This document shows, piece after piece, positions 62,549 to 64,000 of a stretch of 64,000 nt of DNA. A model generated the notes under the pieces. The model was not told where the DNA came from, ran no database searches, and saw nothing but the letters and a program-made list of their open reading frames with translations. Position numbers and translations under genes: made by a program. Source of the stretch: Armatimonadota bacterium (GTDB taxonomy: Bacteria; Armatimonadota; Fimbriimonadia; Fimbriimonadales; GBS-DC); the NCBI GenBank assembly GCA_037445735.1, contig JBBIJY010000010.1, positions 1 through 64,000 of the forward strand, in the 5' to 3' direction. How positions within the stretch are numbered: the stretch's first letter is position 1; each line of letters starts with the position of its first letter.

Positions 62549-63901
62549 TTACCTCCGTGCTCCCTCCTGATACGGCAACCATTCCTGCACCACCTGCTCG
62601 AACACCTGCACCACCTGCGGGTCGAACTGCGTGCCTGCGCCGCGTCGCAGCTCGTTCAGCGCTTCGGGAATGGTGAGCGAGCGCCGATACTGGCGCTGCT
62701 GGCTGGGCGCCTCGCCGCCGATCATCGCGTCGAAGGCGTCCACGACGGCGATAATCCGCGCCTCCAGCGGAATCTGGTCGCCTCGCAGACCGTGCGGGTA
62801 GCCTTTGCCATCGGGGCGCTCATGGTGATAGGCAATCCAGGGCACAATCGCGTTCAGGAACGGCACATCGGTGAGGATCTCCGCGCCCAGCTGCGGATGG
62901 CGTTGCACCTGCTCCCATTCGCGCGGGGTCAGTCGCCCCGGTTTGTTGAGGATTCGTTCATCCAGCACCGTTTTGCCGAGGTCGTGCAGGAGCGCGGCTT
63001 CGTAGATGAGTTCACAGCGTTCGGGGGGTAGCCCCAGCCGCTCGGCGACACGCCGACCCCACTGCGCCACCCGTTGCAGATGCCCCCCAGTGTACGGATG
63101 CGCCCGCTGAATCAAAAAGCCCAGACTGCGGATTGTCTGATGATACAGCTCATGCTGGCGTGTGGAGAGAATGAACGCCTGGCGCAGCGCCAGATAGGGC
63201 GCCAGCACGGTCAGTGAACCCGTAAATCCATAAAGATGGAGCATCGCCATCAACAACAGGCTCAGCGGGAACATCGGCAGCGTCTCCCGCGGCAAATCGA
63301 GCAGCGACTCGCGCAGCACCCACCCGAAGCGCACACCCTCCGCCAGCGCCACTGTGACCGACACCAGCAGGTTATTGATCAGGCTATAAACGACCAGAAT
63401 AGTGAACAGAGCCAGCACAGCAACGGCAGGCGAGGCAAAGAAAGTGTTCACAGACCCGCGGAACCCATCCAGCAGGTGCTGGAACGCGATGGGACAGGCG
63501 CCGGCGGCAGCGGCGCACAGCACGCTCTGTGCCGTGTTGAGCCACACCCAGCGCAGGTGCGACTGTTTGAGCCGCGCGGTGAGCAGTCCTGCGCCGAAGG
63601 TGACGCCCGCATCCAGCCACACGCCCATCGCCCAGCCATACAGCAAAATCACCGCCGCCACGATGGGCGTGCTGACGCTCACCCAGATGCCGCGATCGGT
63701 ATAGCCCTGGCGGAGCGGATAGCGGATCAGCAGCAGCTCGCCCAATAGTGCAACGATTGCCAGTCCCAGCAGCAGGGGCAGTTGTCCCGCCTGCTGAATG
63801 GGGCTACCCGCCACCATCAGAATCAGTATCGCCGTTGCCGACAGCAGTCCGCTCCAGAGCCAGTGCCGCCTCCGCAGCTGATTCCTGTGCGCGATTGCCA
63901 T
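62549..63901 (-). CDS. Multi-pass membrane HD-GYP phosphodiesterase
   Basis: Multiple TM helices; YTGGH..RVA, LHDLGK, HHERPDGKGYPHG and GTQFDP motifs. Confidence 0.9.
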   Translation of the reverse strand: MAIAHRNQLRRRHWLWSGLLSATAILILMVAGSPIQQAGQLPLLLGLAIVALLGELLLIRYPLRQGYTDRGIWVSVSTPIVAAVILLYGWAMGVWLDAGVTFGAGLLTARLKQSHLRWVWLNTAQSVLCAAAAGACPIAFQHLLDGFRGSVNTFFASPAVAVLALFTILVVYSLINNLLVSVTVALAEGVRFGWVLRESLLDLPRETLPMFPLSLLLMAMLHLYGFTGSLTVLAPYLALRQAFILSTRQHELYHQTIRSLGFLIQRAHPYTGGHLQRVAQWGRRVAERLGLPPERCELIYEAALLHDLGKTVLDERILNKPGRLTPREWEQVQRHPQLGAEILTDVPFLNAIVPWIAYHHERPDGKGYPHGLRGDQIPLEARIIAVVDAFDAMIGGEAPSQQRQYRRSLTIPEALNELRRGAGTQFDPQVVQVFEQVVQEWLPYQEGARR

Positions 63902-64000
63902 TGTTCGTTTCCGATGCGGCTATAGGCGGCAGCCAGTGCCGCTGGGAACGAGGTTCACTTTCAGGCAGGGCAAGCGCGTCGCGCTATCCTTTCCAGTGCG

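Overview
GC-rich bacterial chromosome segment. The C-terminal DDADLL dockerin-like repeat, PEP-CTERM protein, prepilin-type genes and DUF3866 suggest a diderm of the Armatimonadota (inference, not tested). Most of the window is housekeeping: thrC, pyrD-like, ispE, aspS, serC, hslU, alaS, iscA-like, sthA, rplU, mnmG, mtnA, mutY, rsmE, prmA, uvrA and pfk. It also holds a minor-pilin cluster, an ECF sigma/anti-sigma/RseB cluster next to flotillin-NfeD, and three HD-GYP genes. No rRNA, tRNA or CRISPR array was seen. Six items stand out. (1) An AT-richer cassette pairs an amino-DNA methyltransferase with a divergent HhH-GPD/4Fe-4S DNA glycosylase where a restriction endonuclease would be expected, a candidate base-excision restriction-modification system. 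(2) A palindromic CCCTCACCC/CCCTCTCCC-GGGAGAGGG repeat occurs between genes and as in-frame insertions inside ispE, rsmE and the DUF3866 gene. (3) An identical two-block promoter motif lies upstream of the PEP-CTERM gene and of an unannotated ~70-nt candidate sRNA that could pair with the RBS of the neighbouring outer-membrane gene. (4) uvrA lacks its N-terminal part. (5) A second R-M locus is decaying. (6) Many genes show a leaderless GG-TAnnnT-N6-8-start architecture.
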